Notes: generated from the letters alone by a model not told the origin. A stretch of 62,532 bases of DNA from an uncultured virus (IMG/VR IMGVR_UViG_3300047471_001174) (IMGVR_UViG_3300047471_001174), one strand, 5' to 3'. Counted from the first letter of the stretch, positions 18,110 through 27,723 are shown. Made by a program: numbers and translations.

Positions 18110-18585
18110 AGATTACCCTCGATGAGAGTTGTGGCCAAACCAGCCAGGCACAATTCGACTCGATTTGAATTGTAGACGCCGGCGATCCGCAAAAAACAAG
18201 AACTCGCTGCATGAACTGGGCAGTACCGGTGCACCCAATCAACAGCGTGCGTCTTGTCTAACGTCGTGAGCAAGCCAACCACATCAATCAAAAAACCCTG
18301 CTCGTCTTGTAGCGAGTCAGGGTGAATAGCTGGATAAAAATTGATCTGCGTGCCGTCGTCCTGACCGGCAACTTCCGGGGCATCACACCAGTAGTAACGG
18401 ATTTGCTCTACTGGGGAATACTCGCAGATTGATCGGGTTAATCGTTCACGAACAGCCCCGACCAACGACAACAGCCACGGGGGCGGTTGTTCGCCTTCCC
18501 GGGCTCCAGCACCAAGAACCTCGTCAGTGTCGTCGAACATGGATCGGCCTTTCAAAAGAACCTGGCATCCATGCCAATGGATCAT
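18106..18585 (-). CDS. hypothetical protein
   Basis: 159-aa ORF; true start may be MFDD at 18540. Confidence 0.65.
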   Translation of the reverse strand: MIHWHGCQVLLKGRSMFDDTDEVLGAGAREGEQPPPWLLSLVGAVRERLTRSICEYSPVEQIRYYWCDAPEVAGQDDGTQINFYPAIHPDSLQDEQGFLIDVVGLLTTLDKTHAVDWVHRYCPVHAASSCFLRIAGVYNSNRVELCLAGLATTLIEGNL

Positions 18586-18603
18586 TTCATCGAAGTATAC
18601 AGC

Positions 18604-18828
18604 GGGCAGAGCAGTTGCACGATAGCGGATCGTTACACAAAACTGACCACGGGCGAAAGGTCTGGATCGAAACCCGTTACTCAGTCAGCCTGCCACAACT
18701 GCTCGGGACCAGTATCGAGAGTTTTTCCAGCTGGTCCAGATACGCTCACAATCGTATCTCAGCATCTTCCGTCACGGCGTTTAGCCCCGATGAGCAGCTA
18801 AGACCCTCGTGGATGATGCCCCTCGCCC
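18604..18828 (-). ncRNA. candidate structured ncRNA
   Basis: Intergenic; stems AGATACG/CGTATCT, GGACCAG/CTGGTCC and GAGCAGTTG/CAACTGCTC with nested hairpins. Confidence 0.45.
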
Positions 18829-18836
18829 ATGTTTCA

Positions 18837-20477
18837 TTAGAATCCTGTCGGTTGTGGGAACTGCGGGGCCGGACCACCGCCAGCCGCCCATGCACCTGGT
18901 TGGGCTCCTGGAGCTGCCGGAGGAGCTTCTGCTCCGCCTTCCGGTGCTCCACCCCCACCGCCATTCATAAAGTGGTGAAACAAGAACGGTGCCAACATGG
19001 CCAGACCACCAGCCCCCGCCATGCCTGGGCTTCCACCCATCATTCCGCCGCCAGCTGTCAGCAGACCGGCCAGAGCCATCAGCTTTCCGCCTGGATGCAT
19101 GTTCTTCCACATGTCCCATTGGCCCAGCCCGGGGATCCCGTTCATCATTTCGTTGAGACCGTGCATCGGGTTCATCTGGGGGATGTGCTGCTGCATCGAA
19201 TTCATGAAGGCCTGCTGTTCCGACTGCGGCAGTTTTTGAAAATTCGCCGGGTCTTGCACCATCGCCAAAAGCGACTGGGGCTGCACGCCGTGTTTTTGTG
19301 CCGCCGTTGTCAACATACCGCTGAGGTCGCTCTGGGCCTTATTTCCGGCCAACGTCACCCCTGCGGTAAACGGAACCGTCGCTGCCCCCGCGGCACTAAT
19401 ACCGCGGCCAAGTCGGCTATTGAGCATGTTGAACCCGGCTCCGCCACGGGCTCCCAACGCGGCTCCAGCCAAAGCACCCGCTGCGGGAGCTGCCCAACCG
19501 CCTGAGGCGTCGCCCTGTTGATGCTGATAGCCAAACTGGGCACCAGCCCCTAATCCGGCTCCGAGGCCCGCACCAACGCCCATACGAGCTCCTGTGTTGA
19601 CCGCTGTTCGGCCCATGCCCATGCCGCGAGACCACATTGACGGGGCAACAGCCGGAGCTGTAGCCGCGGCGGCCGACGCCGCCGGAGCCATTGACGGAAT
19701 AGAACCGGTCGACGGCATTGCCCCTAACGCCTGAACACCGGGGCTAGGGGTCAGCGGCACATGGCCGCCAAAGCTGGGACCAGCATTCAACAACGGAACC
19801 TTAGCTGAAGCCGCTGCTGCCATAGGGAGCGATCTCGGCGTCGAACTCAACGGGAGAGCACCCAGGGCTTGAACACCGCCAGGGACTGCTCTGCTCGCCA
19901 ACTGGGGCACTGCTCGACCGACACCGCCCATGCGGCCAATCGCAGCTGTGACATTCGAGGGCAGGCCAGGCCCCGGCCATGCCAGCTTCTCGAATCCCTG
20001 TTGAAGCTCGGCGTAGATGTCCGGATCAATGTTTGCCGATTTTCGGATACCAGCTTGGATCTGGCTGGTCGGTAGCCCGTCCTCAAAACATCTCGAGAAG
20101 AACCCCTGAGCGAACGGCGTCAGGCTGAGCCACGCCTCAGACTTCTTGAGCGAGTCCCAGGCTTCCTGCCCCTGCAAACGGAAGGGCTTGATCTTCGGCG
20201 GTTTGACTGGTTCGGTCGACATGGCGCCGCCCTCACAATGGGCCATCTTCGGCGGAGCGATGCCGTGCTGGGCGGCCTGCTGTTGAGCAACCTGGGCCAC
20301 ACCGGCCGACGTCGCCGGGATGCCGGGCGTTGGTGACACGATGGGCGGCTTGTACGCGGGGCTATGAGCGGCCAAGGCCCCCATGCCGTAACCGCCGGGA
20401 GAGCCGTGAAATGAGCTATGAGGAGCCGCGTTAACGCCAGCGTTGGCCCACAGAGCTGCTTTCTCGATCAATGTCAT
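18837..20477 (-). CDS. large Gly/Ala/Pro-rich putative virion protein
   Basis: 546 aa; EKAA, PKMA, RKSA, EKLA motifs and glycine zippers. Confidence 0.8.
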   Translation of the reverse strand: MTLIEKAALWANAGVNAAPHSSFHGSPGGYGMGALAAHSPAYKPPIVSPTPGIPATSAGVAQVAQQQAAQHGIAPPKMAHCEGGAMSTEPVKPPKIKPFRLQGQEAWDSLKKSEAWLSLTPFAQGFFSRCFEDGLPTSQIQAGIRKSANIDPDIYAELQQGFEKLAWPGPGLPSNVTAAIGRMGGVGRAVPQLASRAVPGGVQALGALPLSSTPRSLPMAAAASAKVPLLNAGPSFGGHVPLTPSPGVQALGAMPSTGSIPSMAPAASAAAATAPAVAPSMWSRGMGMGRTAVNTGARMGVGAGLGAGLGAGAQFGYQHQQGDASGGWAAPAAGALAGAALGARGGAGFNMLNSRLGRGISAAGAATVPFTAGVTLAGNKAQSDLSGMLTTAAQKHGVQPQSLLAMVQDPANFQKLPQSEQQAFMNSMQQHIPQMNPMHGLNEMMNGIPGLGQWDMWKNMHPGGKLMALAGLLTAGGGMMGGSPGMAGAGGLAMLAPFLFHHFMNGGGGGAPEGGAEAPPAAPGAQPGAWAAGGGPAPQFPQPTGF

Positions 20478-20489
20478 TTTACCCTCTCG

Positions 20490-20507
20490 TAACTTTTCGA
20501 AAAGTTA
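20490..20507. promoter_or_regulatory. 18-bp palindrome copy 3 (TAACTTT-TCGA-AAAGTTA)
   Basis: Perfect palindrome filling the gap between stop 20508 and the RBS of ATG 20477. Confidence 0.72.
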
Positions 20508-22328
20508 TCAGACGTACTGCGGCTGTTCTTTCTTCCGGTTCGCCAGATGATACAGCAAAGCACCCGCGGCCGCTGCACCCAATCCGTACTTCCATCCGTG
20601 ATCGGCAATGTGTTTGCCCCAACCCGAATTGGCCGCCTGCGGCGGAGCGGGGGCGAACGGATTTACCGTGCTCAACCACCTGGCTGCCGCTGGTGAGGGA
20701 GCAGCAAATGGGTTCTTGCCACCGACAGGCACACCGTGCACACCGAACGGGTCACCGGCGGCCATGTTGTTCGTGAACTCATGTGCCCCGATCCCGTGCT
20801 GAGCTGCCATGCCGCCCAGGACGTGAAATGGATCGGACCCTAGACCAGGCCCGGGGTGGGACATCGCCGGAGGAGCAGCCGTGGCACCCGCGAATGGATT
20901 GTGCATGGCGGCGGGAGCCAGCGGCTGTGACGTGACGAACGCATTCGACTTCTTGCCGAATTTGGCTTCTACCTTGGCTTTGACCTGTCGGTAGATGGCT
21001 GAGTCTTTTCCATGATGCATGGCCGCAAAGCCCAAAGCCGATCGAGCATGCTGTTTGTCCGGCACCGGGTAACCGCCTGGTTCCTCTTTTTGTTTCTTGG
21101 TCTTGGCGTGCTGCGGATGAGCGAACTCCGACTTGGGCATACTGGCCCGTTCACCCTCGGTCAGGACATGGGCCTCTTTCTTTTCTTCGTGCGGCTCGAA
21201 CATTGGTCCTGTAAGTTCATTGGCAGCGTGATGTGCCAATAAAGCACCAAGTCCTGCCCCGGCCATCGTTCCCAGTCCAGTGTAATCCTCACCGGCAATA
21301 GGATGCAGGGCTTTGTTTCCAATCGAATACACAGCACCGATATTGCCCCCAGCTGCCGCCCCGGCCACGGTCCCAAGCCCCATCAAACCGCCGTGGGCAG
21401 CACCACGTATTGTCTCTACACCGCCTCGCCCCGGCGATGCCCCCGCAGCCCCCACCAGACCACCCAAAGCCATGCCGGCTCCACCAAACAGCGGGCCGCG
21501 TTCCTTCATAAGCGACGAAACGGTAGCCATTAAATCGTTGCTGGCCGATTGCTTCTCTTCTACTTCCTGCTCCAGGCAACTGGGGCAGGGATTGCCTTCA
21601 GTGCAACCGGGAACCGGACAGCCTTTCGGCCCGTAGAGAGCCGCTTTCTGCCCGATTTCTTCAAAGGACCATTTGCCCATCGTCAGATTGGACGGATGCC
21701 CCAAGTCCATCATGCTGTGCGGCGACATCACGGACATGAACTGATTCATGCTGTCAGCGTCATTCTCTCGCTTAATGTCCGCCTGGTACGCCGGGTCAGA
21801 CAGCAGATCTCGCTTGACCGCGTTCTCGGGCAGACGTTTCATCATTTCGATGATGCCCTCGTTCTTGGCTGATCGGCTCAAACCAGTCACCAGCCCGGCG
21901 GTCCCGCCAAGGCCCAGAGCCCCCAATGCGGCGCCTACGCCAGCCCCAATAGGCGATCCGTCGCGTCCGGCCCCGATTGACGCACCGGCCAGTCCGCCAA
22001 CACCAGCCCCGGCCAGTCCGGCCAGCAGACCTTGTCGCCACGGCGAAGCCAGCATCGAAGGCAGGGGAGTCCCGTAAGACTGAAAGATCGACGGGAGCCA
22101 TTGTTTTTGGCCGCGATGCACATCTAACAATTCGTTCTCAGTCAAAGCCCGTCTATGCTGCGTTGGCATGAACTGCTGCAGATGAACGGCGGACGGAGAC
22201 TCGTCGGCTTTCTTCTTCACGTGCTTGGGCAGCTTCTTCCCCTTGGGGGTGGCCGCTTCAAATTCAGCCGCAATCTGCGGGTGGTGAATATGCAAGTAGG
22301 CACGTTGTGCCTGTGACTCCATCGGCAT
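20508..22328 (-). CDS. large modular putative virion protein
   Basis: 606 aa; short modules separated by KKKA, QKAA, KQSA and KKEA; includes MP..SQAQRAYL..HHP.IA and LT..ER..MP.S.FA.P...YPVPDK.HA modules typical of phage proteins. Confidence 0.8.
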   Translation of the reverse strand: MPMESQAQRAYLHIHHPQIAAEFEAATPKGKKLPKHVKKKADESPSAVHLQQFMPTQHRRALTENELLDVHRGQKQWLPSIFQSYGTPLPSMLASPWRQGLLAGLAGAGVGGLAGASIGAGRDGSPIGAGVGAALGALGLGGTAGLVTGLSRSAKNEGIIEMMKRLPENAVKRDLLSDPAYQADIKRENDADSMNQFMSVMSPHSMMDLGHPSNLTMGKWSFEEIGQKAALYGPKGCPVPGCTEGNPCPSCLEQEVEEKQSASNDLMATVSSLMKERGPLFGGAGMALGGLVGAAGASPGRGGVETIRGAAHGGLMGLGTVAGAAAGGNIGAVYSIGNKALHPIAGEDYTGLGTMAGAGLGALLAHHAANELTGPMFEPHEEKKEAHVLTEGERASMPKSEFAHPQHAKTKKQKEEPGGYPVPDKQHARSALGFAAMHHGKDSAIYRQVKAKVEAKFGKKSNAFVTSQPLAPAAMHNPFAGATAAPPAMSHPGPGLGSDPFHVLGGMAAQHGIGAHEFTNNMAAGDPFGVHGVPVGGKNPFAAPSPAAARWLSTVNPFAPAPPQAANSGWGKHIADHGWKYGLGAAAAGALLYHLANRKKEQPQYV

Positions 22329-22370
22329 GACGACATCCTTGTCTTGAGACCTTGCGAGGGATCCGATTGA

Positions 22371-22399
22371 ATTATCGCCAAATTGGGCAAATCACGCAA
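22371..22399 (-). promoter_or_regulatory. sigma70-like promoter
   Basis: TTGCGT-N17-GATAAT about 40 nt upstream of ATG 22328 and just downstream of a terminator. Confidence 0.55.
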
Positions 22400-22416
22400 C
22401 CGACAAGCTGATAGCT

Positions 22417-22454
22417 AAAAGAAGGGGTCCGGCTCACATTGAGCCGGCCCCTTC
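22417..22454 (-). terminator. intrinsic terminator
   Basis: GAAGGGGCCGGCTC/GAGCCGGACCCCTTC hairpin followed by TTTT. Confidence 0.7.
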
Positions 22455-22650
22455 CCAAACAACCCATTCGCTTGTATTGTCTGTCTGCTTATTCCCTTTT
22501 TCTCCACTGAGTGAGAAGGGACATGGCAGATACGGCCATCACAGGCTTCCGCCCGCGGTCGTTAAAAATCTTCTGAGCCAATTTGAGACTCTTGCCTGCC
22601 CCGCCCTTCTTGCTCTTCTTCGATATCAGCATCAATCGATTCCTTTCGAA

Positions 22651-23406
22651 CTAAAGAGAAATTTCGCCGGCCAGACCGAGCACCTGGGCTGTCTGCAGCA
22701 GGGCCTGGTCGTCAGCGTCTTCTTTCTTCAAGGAGACTAACTGTGTCTGCAACTTGGCCTCTGACGCTGCCAGCTGGGCCGAGTGGTTCTCGAATACCTT
22801 GCGAACCTCAACCAGTTGTTGCTGAAGCTTGTCGATTTGCCCGGTAACACGGACAATCTCCTCCTGTCTCTTTTCGGCTTTTTCCACGATCAGATGCAAC
22901 CGGCCGAGCATGGCCTTCAGATCTCGAGCGCTGGTCTGAGTTACCGCGGCGGCCGGACGTGGTGGTTCGATTGTTTCCACTTCAACGGGCGGCACAACAA
23001 CCTCACTTACCGGTACAACCAGCGGTTTCTCGACTTCGGCGTCAACCTCGTACTTAGTACCGACCTCCTCGTTCGCCCTCAGCAGATCGACGATCTTTTG
23101 CAGGGTCTCTGTGGACTTATCCGCTCCCTTCGACGGAACGATATCGAATTCCCAGGCCGAGTCGGCGGCGTGCGGCCGGCACCACACTCGAATTTTCGAC
23201 GCCCCATACTCGGAAACCAGACCCATCACACGGAAGACGGGTGTCCCTTTGCGATCCCGTTGTCCGACTGGTCGGACTTTCCACTCACCGTCACGAACAA
23301 CGGCCTGTAACCGGGGCAGCAGCATCTTGAAAGCTTTATCATGATTCCGTTTGGTGGTCGGATTGCGTTCACGGCCACCATCTTCATTGATCAATTTTGC
23401 GGGCAT
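22651..23406 (-). CDS. hypothetical coiled-coil protein
   Basis: 251-aa ORF with a C-terminal heptad pattern. Confidence 0.75.
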   Translation of the reverse strand: MPAKLINEDGGRERNPTTKRNHDKAFKMLLPRLQAVVRDGEWKVRPVGQRDRKGTPVFRVMGLVSEYGASKIRVWCRPHAADSAWEFDIVPSKGADKSTETLQKIVDLLRANEEVGTKYEVDAEVEKPLVVPVSEVVVPPVEVETIEPPRPAAAVTQTSARDLKAMLGRLHLIVEKAEKRQEEIVRVTGQIDKLQQQLVEVRKVFENHSAQLAASEAKLQTQLVSLKKEDADDQALLQTAQVLGLAGEISL

Positions 23407-23435
23407 TCACTCACTAAGATAAAAAACTAACAAAT

Positions 23436-23472
23436 AAAAATGGGCTGGTGGCAATCGGTCCACCAGCCCATT
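23436..23472 (-). terminator. intrinsic terminator
   Basis: AATGGGCTGGTGG/CCACCAGCCCATT 13-bp stem with a T-tract. Confidence 0.75.
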
Positions 23473-23483
23473 CGCCGCCCGGT

Positions 23484-24158
23484 TCAGGCAGCTTCTTTTG
23501 ACGACACGGCTTCTTCTGGCTTATCTTTGCCGGAGTACTTATCGTCAATCATTCGCAGCAATGAATCGACGTCATTAGCTTTCGGATACAACCGATGCAG
23601 CTCTTTGAGAGTCGCGTTGGATTCCAATGCGGCAATCGAATTAAGCCTGACGGTCGCGTACAACTCTGTCGACAGCTTGCGTCCGTACCACCATCCGTAC
23701 GGATTGACGACCGAGCTGTCCGTCGATCGCAGGATGCGTTCGACAGCGACCGTGATCTTGGTGTCCCGCAGACTATCAACATGAACGCTCATCAACATGA
23801 TGACCGCAGTCTCATAGTTCTGATGAATCAGAAACTCATGAATGGACGTAGCCGCTCTCAAGCACGACGTCGGGGCCAACTCGCCCAGCGGCGATTTGGC
23901 TTTGCCGTTCAGCAGATCGGCGAGATCCCGCAGCTTTTCGCGGAAGGTCACGTCAGAGACGTAGTTAACGCACCGAGTGACAGCGTCGTGTGTGGGCACG
24001 TAGAGATCGTATTGTCGTTCGACGATCTTGTTGCCAGGCGACACGGCTTTGGGCTTTTCGCGGAGCTGGTCTTGACCGGCCCGCTTCTGCGCTTCGAAAA
24101 TCGGATCAGGGGAATCAGGCGTCTGGGCCAGAACGGCCACCATCAGCAGAGTAAACAT
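23484..24158 (-). CDS. hypothetical secreted protein
   Basis: Short hydrophobic N-terminus MFTLLMVAVLAQ; 224 aa. Confidence 0.7.
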   Translation of the reverse strand: MFTLLMVAVLAQTPDSPDPIFEAQKRAGQDQLREKPKAVSPGNKIVERQYDLYVPTHDAVTRCVNYVSDVTFREKLRDLADLLNGKAKSPLGELAPTSCLRAATSIHEFLIHQNYETAVIMLMSVHVDSLRDTKITVAVERILRSTDSSVVNPYGWWYGRKLSTELYATVRLNSIAALESNATLKELHRLYPKANDVDSLLRMIDDKYSGKDKPEEAVSSKEAA

Positions 24159-24273
24159 AATCTTGTACCTTTCGTAGGGGAAACGAAAACAGAAACGTGA
24201 GAACGTGTGCGGGAAACCTGTCGACGTGAGACCGTCATCGCAGCGTCGACAGGCCCCTCCCGCTACGGACGGC

Positions 24274-24669
24274 CTAGAGAATCGCTGTCAACTGCTCGAG
24301 GGCCTCGTTTGCCTGAGCGAACTGCTCAGCTCCGAACGAGCGTCGGAGCTGGGCCAGCTCCAGAACATACTCCAAATCGACCGGAGCCGTGGCCTTGGCC
24401 GAGGTTTTGGCCTTCGCCTTGGTCTTGGTGAGGCCGTTTCCATTCGAGTGGCCGTTTCCGTCGGAATGCCCGTTCGACGCCGAACGTGACGGCTCGTGGT
24501 GTCGCTTTCCGGCTGCTCTCGCGCTATTCGCCATGTACTGAGTGATCAGATTTTTCCACTCGGGCCTCTTCGCCGCCACAGCCTTCGTGATGGCAGATGC
24601 CGTGGCCTTGGGATGATGGATAGCGAATTTGTTCAACGCCGCGGTGATTTCCGGATACTGTCCTCGCAT
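24274..24669 (-). CDS. basic Lys/Ala-rich hypothetical protein (possibly DNA-binding)
   Basis: 131 aa; basic linker KTKAKAKTSAK between two helical regions; GAGG RBS. Confidence 0.65.
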   Translation of the reverse strand: MRGQYPEITAALNKFAIHHPKATASAITKAVAAKRPEWKNLITQYMANSARAAGKRHHEPSRSASNGHSDGNGHSNGNGLTKTKAKAKTSAKATAPVDLEYVLELAQLRRSFGAEQFAQANEALEQLTAIL

Positions 24670-24736
24670 AACTCAACCTCATTTCTAACGGGAGCAAGAA
24701 ATGAGTCGTCGCCGAATGGATCGGACAAACAACGAC

Positions 24737-25030
24737 TCAGGGAACCTCTTCGTTCGTGTCGGAGACAATGCGGTCGTAGTAGATCAAGCCGCGTCGTTGG
24801 ACCACGACAGCCAGTCCGTAATCAATCTGCATGCCCTCCATGACTGATGCATTCGTCCGGTACGGGGCAAGTGTGACGGTCTCGTCCGTAACAGCGAGTA
24901 CGACTTCGCCACCTGGCCACCCTCCCCGCTGCCTGTGATGCCTCAGTTTCACACCCCTGACCAGGTGATCAGAGATAGGTGCGTCACTGTTGGCCAGTTC
25001 TTTCGGCGACAATGCCTTAGTCAACGCCAT
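24737..25030 (-). CDS. hypothetical protein
   Basis: AGGAGG RBS; 97 aa. Confidence 0.7.
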   Translation of the reverse strand: MALTKALSPKELANSDAPISDHLVRGVKLRHHRQRGGWPGGEVVLAVTDETVTLAPYRTNASVMEGMQIDYGLAVVVQRRGLIYYDRIVSDTNEEVP

Positions 25031-25061
25031 AACACCCTCCTTGAATCAAACAGAGAAATGG

Positions 25062-25556
25062 TCATGTAAACTGCGGAGTACGTGGCACCAACGGCGGGCA
25101 CTTTGTGATCGAGATCGCATCAGCTGACGAACTGGACGGGCGCAAATCAGCTGTTGCCAGATGCGTATCAGCGTCCGCGTAGTCACCAAAGTCAGCGTCG
25201 TCAGGCTCATCACGATCAGGAGTTGTGTCTGGCGCCAAATGAGCAATACCGACCGCGACTACCGGGGCAGCGGCCTGTTCCCCGTGCAACCTCTTGTAGT
25301 CCGGGTGGCTCGGATTGGTGTTCGGCATCGGGGGGTACGTGTAGCCCCATTCCCACAAACACAAGTTGTACGGATAACAGAGCAACCACCAGGCTGTCCG
25401 TTCCACAAACTTGATCAACCGCCAGGTCGGTTGTGCCACAAACTTGATCAACTCCCACACAGCTTCGAGCATGATCTGTTCCTTTGCAGCAAGTGTAAAC
25501 AATGAGAGCACTGATTCGGCTATAGCCAAAACAGCGCTCTCGTTACCAATATACAT
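25062..25556 (-). CDS. hypothetical protein
   Basis: ORF with duplicated W.LIKFV; start uncertain. Confidence 0.55.
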   Translation of the reverse strand: MYIGNESAVLAIAESVLSLFTLAAKEQIMLEAVWELIKFVAQPTWRLIKFVERTAWWLLCYPYNLCLWEWGYTYPPMPNTNPSHPDYKRLHGEQAAAPVVAVGIAHLAPDTTPDRDEPDDADFGDYADADTHLATADLRPSSSSADAISITKCPPLVPRTPQFT

Positions 25557-25576
25557 GCCGCGAGAAACGAAGAAAT

Positions 25577-25840
25577 TCAGGTGTCGTCGAACGTGATAAA
25601 CGCCCAGATCAAATGCTTTCTGTGGAACCGTCGATCGAGGATATTGTGAATCGGCTCACCTCGTGTCAACTCTACACAACTGTTCATGGCGATGGCCCCG
25701 AGCAGGTAAGCCAACTGAACACCAACATCATCGGGCTCGAACGATTCGGTCTGGTTGAGGACCGTCATGTAGACAGAGCGAATCAACTGTAAACGTTTCC
25801 TCGGCTTGAGCTCAGCCGCTTTATCCTCGGCTTTAGTCAT
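25577..25840 (-). CDS. hypothetical protein
   Basis: Start MTKAED gives an ATGA overlap with the methylase stop. Confidence 0.6.
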   Translation of the reverse strand: MTKAEDKAAELKPRKRLQLIRSVYMTVLNQTESFEPDDVGVQLAYLLGAIAMNSCVELTRGEPIHNILDRRFHRKHLIWAFITFDDT

Positions 25841-26685
25841 TTCGTATCCACTGGTGGTTCGTAGTTCATGTACAGACACTCGACACGCTGAGGCTTCTCC
25901 TTCTTCGCGCTGGCCTTGCAATCGATCTTGATCTCGTAACGAAAAAAGCCGTTCTTGCGGGCCCAATTGTCATAGAGATCGCTTTGGTAGCCAGACAAGA
26001 TGAACTTGCCCTTGATACCAGTCAGCGTATTCAGCAGCCCGACGTGCTGCTCCCCGGTCATCTCGAATCGGTAGACGGCCTTGGACACCCGCGTGGCGTG
26101 GAAGTAGGGCGGATCGCAGTAAAATAGGGTCCTTGGGGTATCCTGCCGCTTTATAACCGGGCAGGCATCCTGGGCTTCCAGAATGAGCACCCGTTTAAGA
26201 CGCGTGTGGACCTCTGGGAGCCCGTCTACAGCTGTCAGCCACGCTGACACCTGTTCGTTCATCCCTCGACGTGTGCGGCTCTTGGTGAGCGTGGTGAAGG
26301 CCTGCATCTTGCCTTCCCGCGATTGGCGGCAGCCAACGAAGAACTGGAAGGCCAACCTGGCATCCGGGACGGCGAGTATAGGTCGAACCACGCGGGAGTA
26401 CTTCCAGAGAGCCTCACTAACCGGTGCCGCTTCGGCCAACCGCTTGAACTCGGCAAAAGCCTTCTCGTCCTGTAGGGTTCGCCAGAAATTGACGACGTCC
26501 CCGTCGATGTCGTTGATGATCTCACTCTTCTCGAGATATAAATCAGGATCCGCGGCAAACAGCACAGCACCCGTCGCGAAGTGCGTCTCGACGTAATGGT
26601 CGTAATCATCTGACGGCGGCCGCAGTTGGTTAATCTGGTCAGCCAGATAATGTTTTCCACCAAAACTCTTCAACATTGAATTCAC
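25837..26685 (-). CDS. dam: DNA adenine methyltransferase (Dam/D12 class)
   Basis: FGGK, YVETHF..GAV, EIINDID, LFYCDPPY, GKFILSGY. Confidence 0.9.
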   Translation of the reverse strand: MNSMLKSFGGKHYLADQINQLRPPSDDYDHYVETHFATGAVLFAADPDLYLEKSEIINDIDGDVVNFWRTLQDEKAFAEFKRLAEAAPVSEALWKYSRVVRPILAVPDARLAFQFFVGCRQSREGKMQAFTTLTKSRTRRGMNEQVSAWLTAVDGLPEVHTRLKRVLILEAQDACPVIKRQDTPRTLFYCDPPYFHATRVSKAVYRFEMTGEQHVGLLNTLTGIKGKFILSGYQSDLYDNWARKNGFFRYEIKIDCKASAKKEKPQRVECLYMNYEPPVDTK

Positions 26686-26869
26686 TTAGTTTGTCCTTAA
26701 AAGAAGACTGCAGTTCCGGCTTTCCATCATGACATTGCTCTCACGGCGTGGGCGGAGTCTTTGCACCCACGAACTCCCCGCTACGAGTTGTATCCGGACG
26801 CTATTGGTAGCGACACGCCACGTACTGCAGCCACAAGACCAGTTGGATCCTGGTCGGCGGAGATTGGAT

Positions 26870-27064
26870 TCACGCAGGCTTCTCGATAGAGATGTCCACC
26901 CCACCCTCGGGATGGATAACGATCAGTTTCTTCGTTCGTCGGACCAGAGTCCCCTGAACACGCCGCGACCCGACTAGCTGAGCCCAAACAAGCTCGCCCA
27001 CAGCCGGGTATGGCAGGCTAAAAGCATGCTTCGCCTTTGCCTTGTCCTTTTTGACTTTTACCAC
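26870..27064 (-). CDS. small basic hypothetical protein
   Basis: 64 aa with a GGAGGAG RBS. Confidence 0.55.
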   Translation of the reverse strand: MVKVKKDKAKAKHAFSLPYPAVGELVWAQLVGSRRVQGTLVRRTKKLIVIHPEGGVDISIEKPA

Positions 27065-27723
27065 TTCTCCTCCAATTCTTGGTTAATCGTGTCTATCGCA
27101 GTTTGAACGTCAGTCATCACTGTCGGATCGGGCGGCGGCGTCTCGTCGCGGATGATGATTCTCCCACGCCGGCTCTTCGTTGCCTTTGTCACGGTTGGCG
27201 GGAAGCCACGGCACAGGATCGACACGACAAAATTCAGAATTTCATTCTGCAACTGTCCGCACTCATAGCTGTCCGGCGTAAGATGAGCGGAAACAATCTC
27301 CTTAATTTGCTTGGCGATAGTCGTGTATGGTTCTTGGCACACGCGACCGTAGAACAGATCGCGATGCTGGAACGGTTTGCGAATCTCTTTGGCTTCTGCA
27401 ATCTTCTGTTCGCATTCATGCAGGAAGTTACTACCCCAATGCGTAGCCATATACTGAACAACCGTTGCAGCTACGATCGAGTCTCGATCTGAGATATACG
27501 ACACATAGGCTGCATTCTCAGGCGTCAGAATACGCTCCAGTAACGTGTAGTGGTCTTCCCGTGCTGGCTTGTTCAACCGCTTCCATTCGTCAGCGTAGAT
27601 ACGCTCATCGACGCACGTCTTTCGCTTCGAATTAACGCCTTCGTGCGTTGGCGGAAACAGCTCGAGGTGGACTTCTTTGCGGGGTGGCGGCCAGTCAAAC
27701 AGAACCAGCTGAGTTTCACTCAC
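27058..27723 (-). CDS. hypothetical protein
   Basis: 221-aa ORF with GTGA overlap. Confidence 0.7.
   Translation of the reverse strand: MSETQLVLFDWPPPRKEVHLELFPPTHEGVNSKRKTCVDERIYADEWKRLNKPAREDHYTLLERILTPENAAYVSYISDRDSIVAATVVQYMATHWGSNFLHECEQKIAEAKEIRKPFQHRDLFYGRVCQEPYTTIAKQIKEIVSAHLTPDSYECGQLQNEILNFVVSILCRGFPPTVTKATKSRRGRIIIRDETPPPDPTVMTDVQTAIDTINQELEEKW

Noticed and set aside
18429..19505. 358-aa plus-strand ORF
   Set aside because: Antisense shadow of a GC-rich gene; Arg/Ser/Cys-rich with no motifs.
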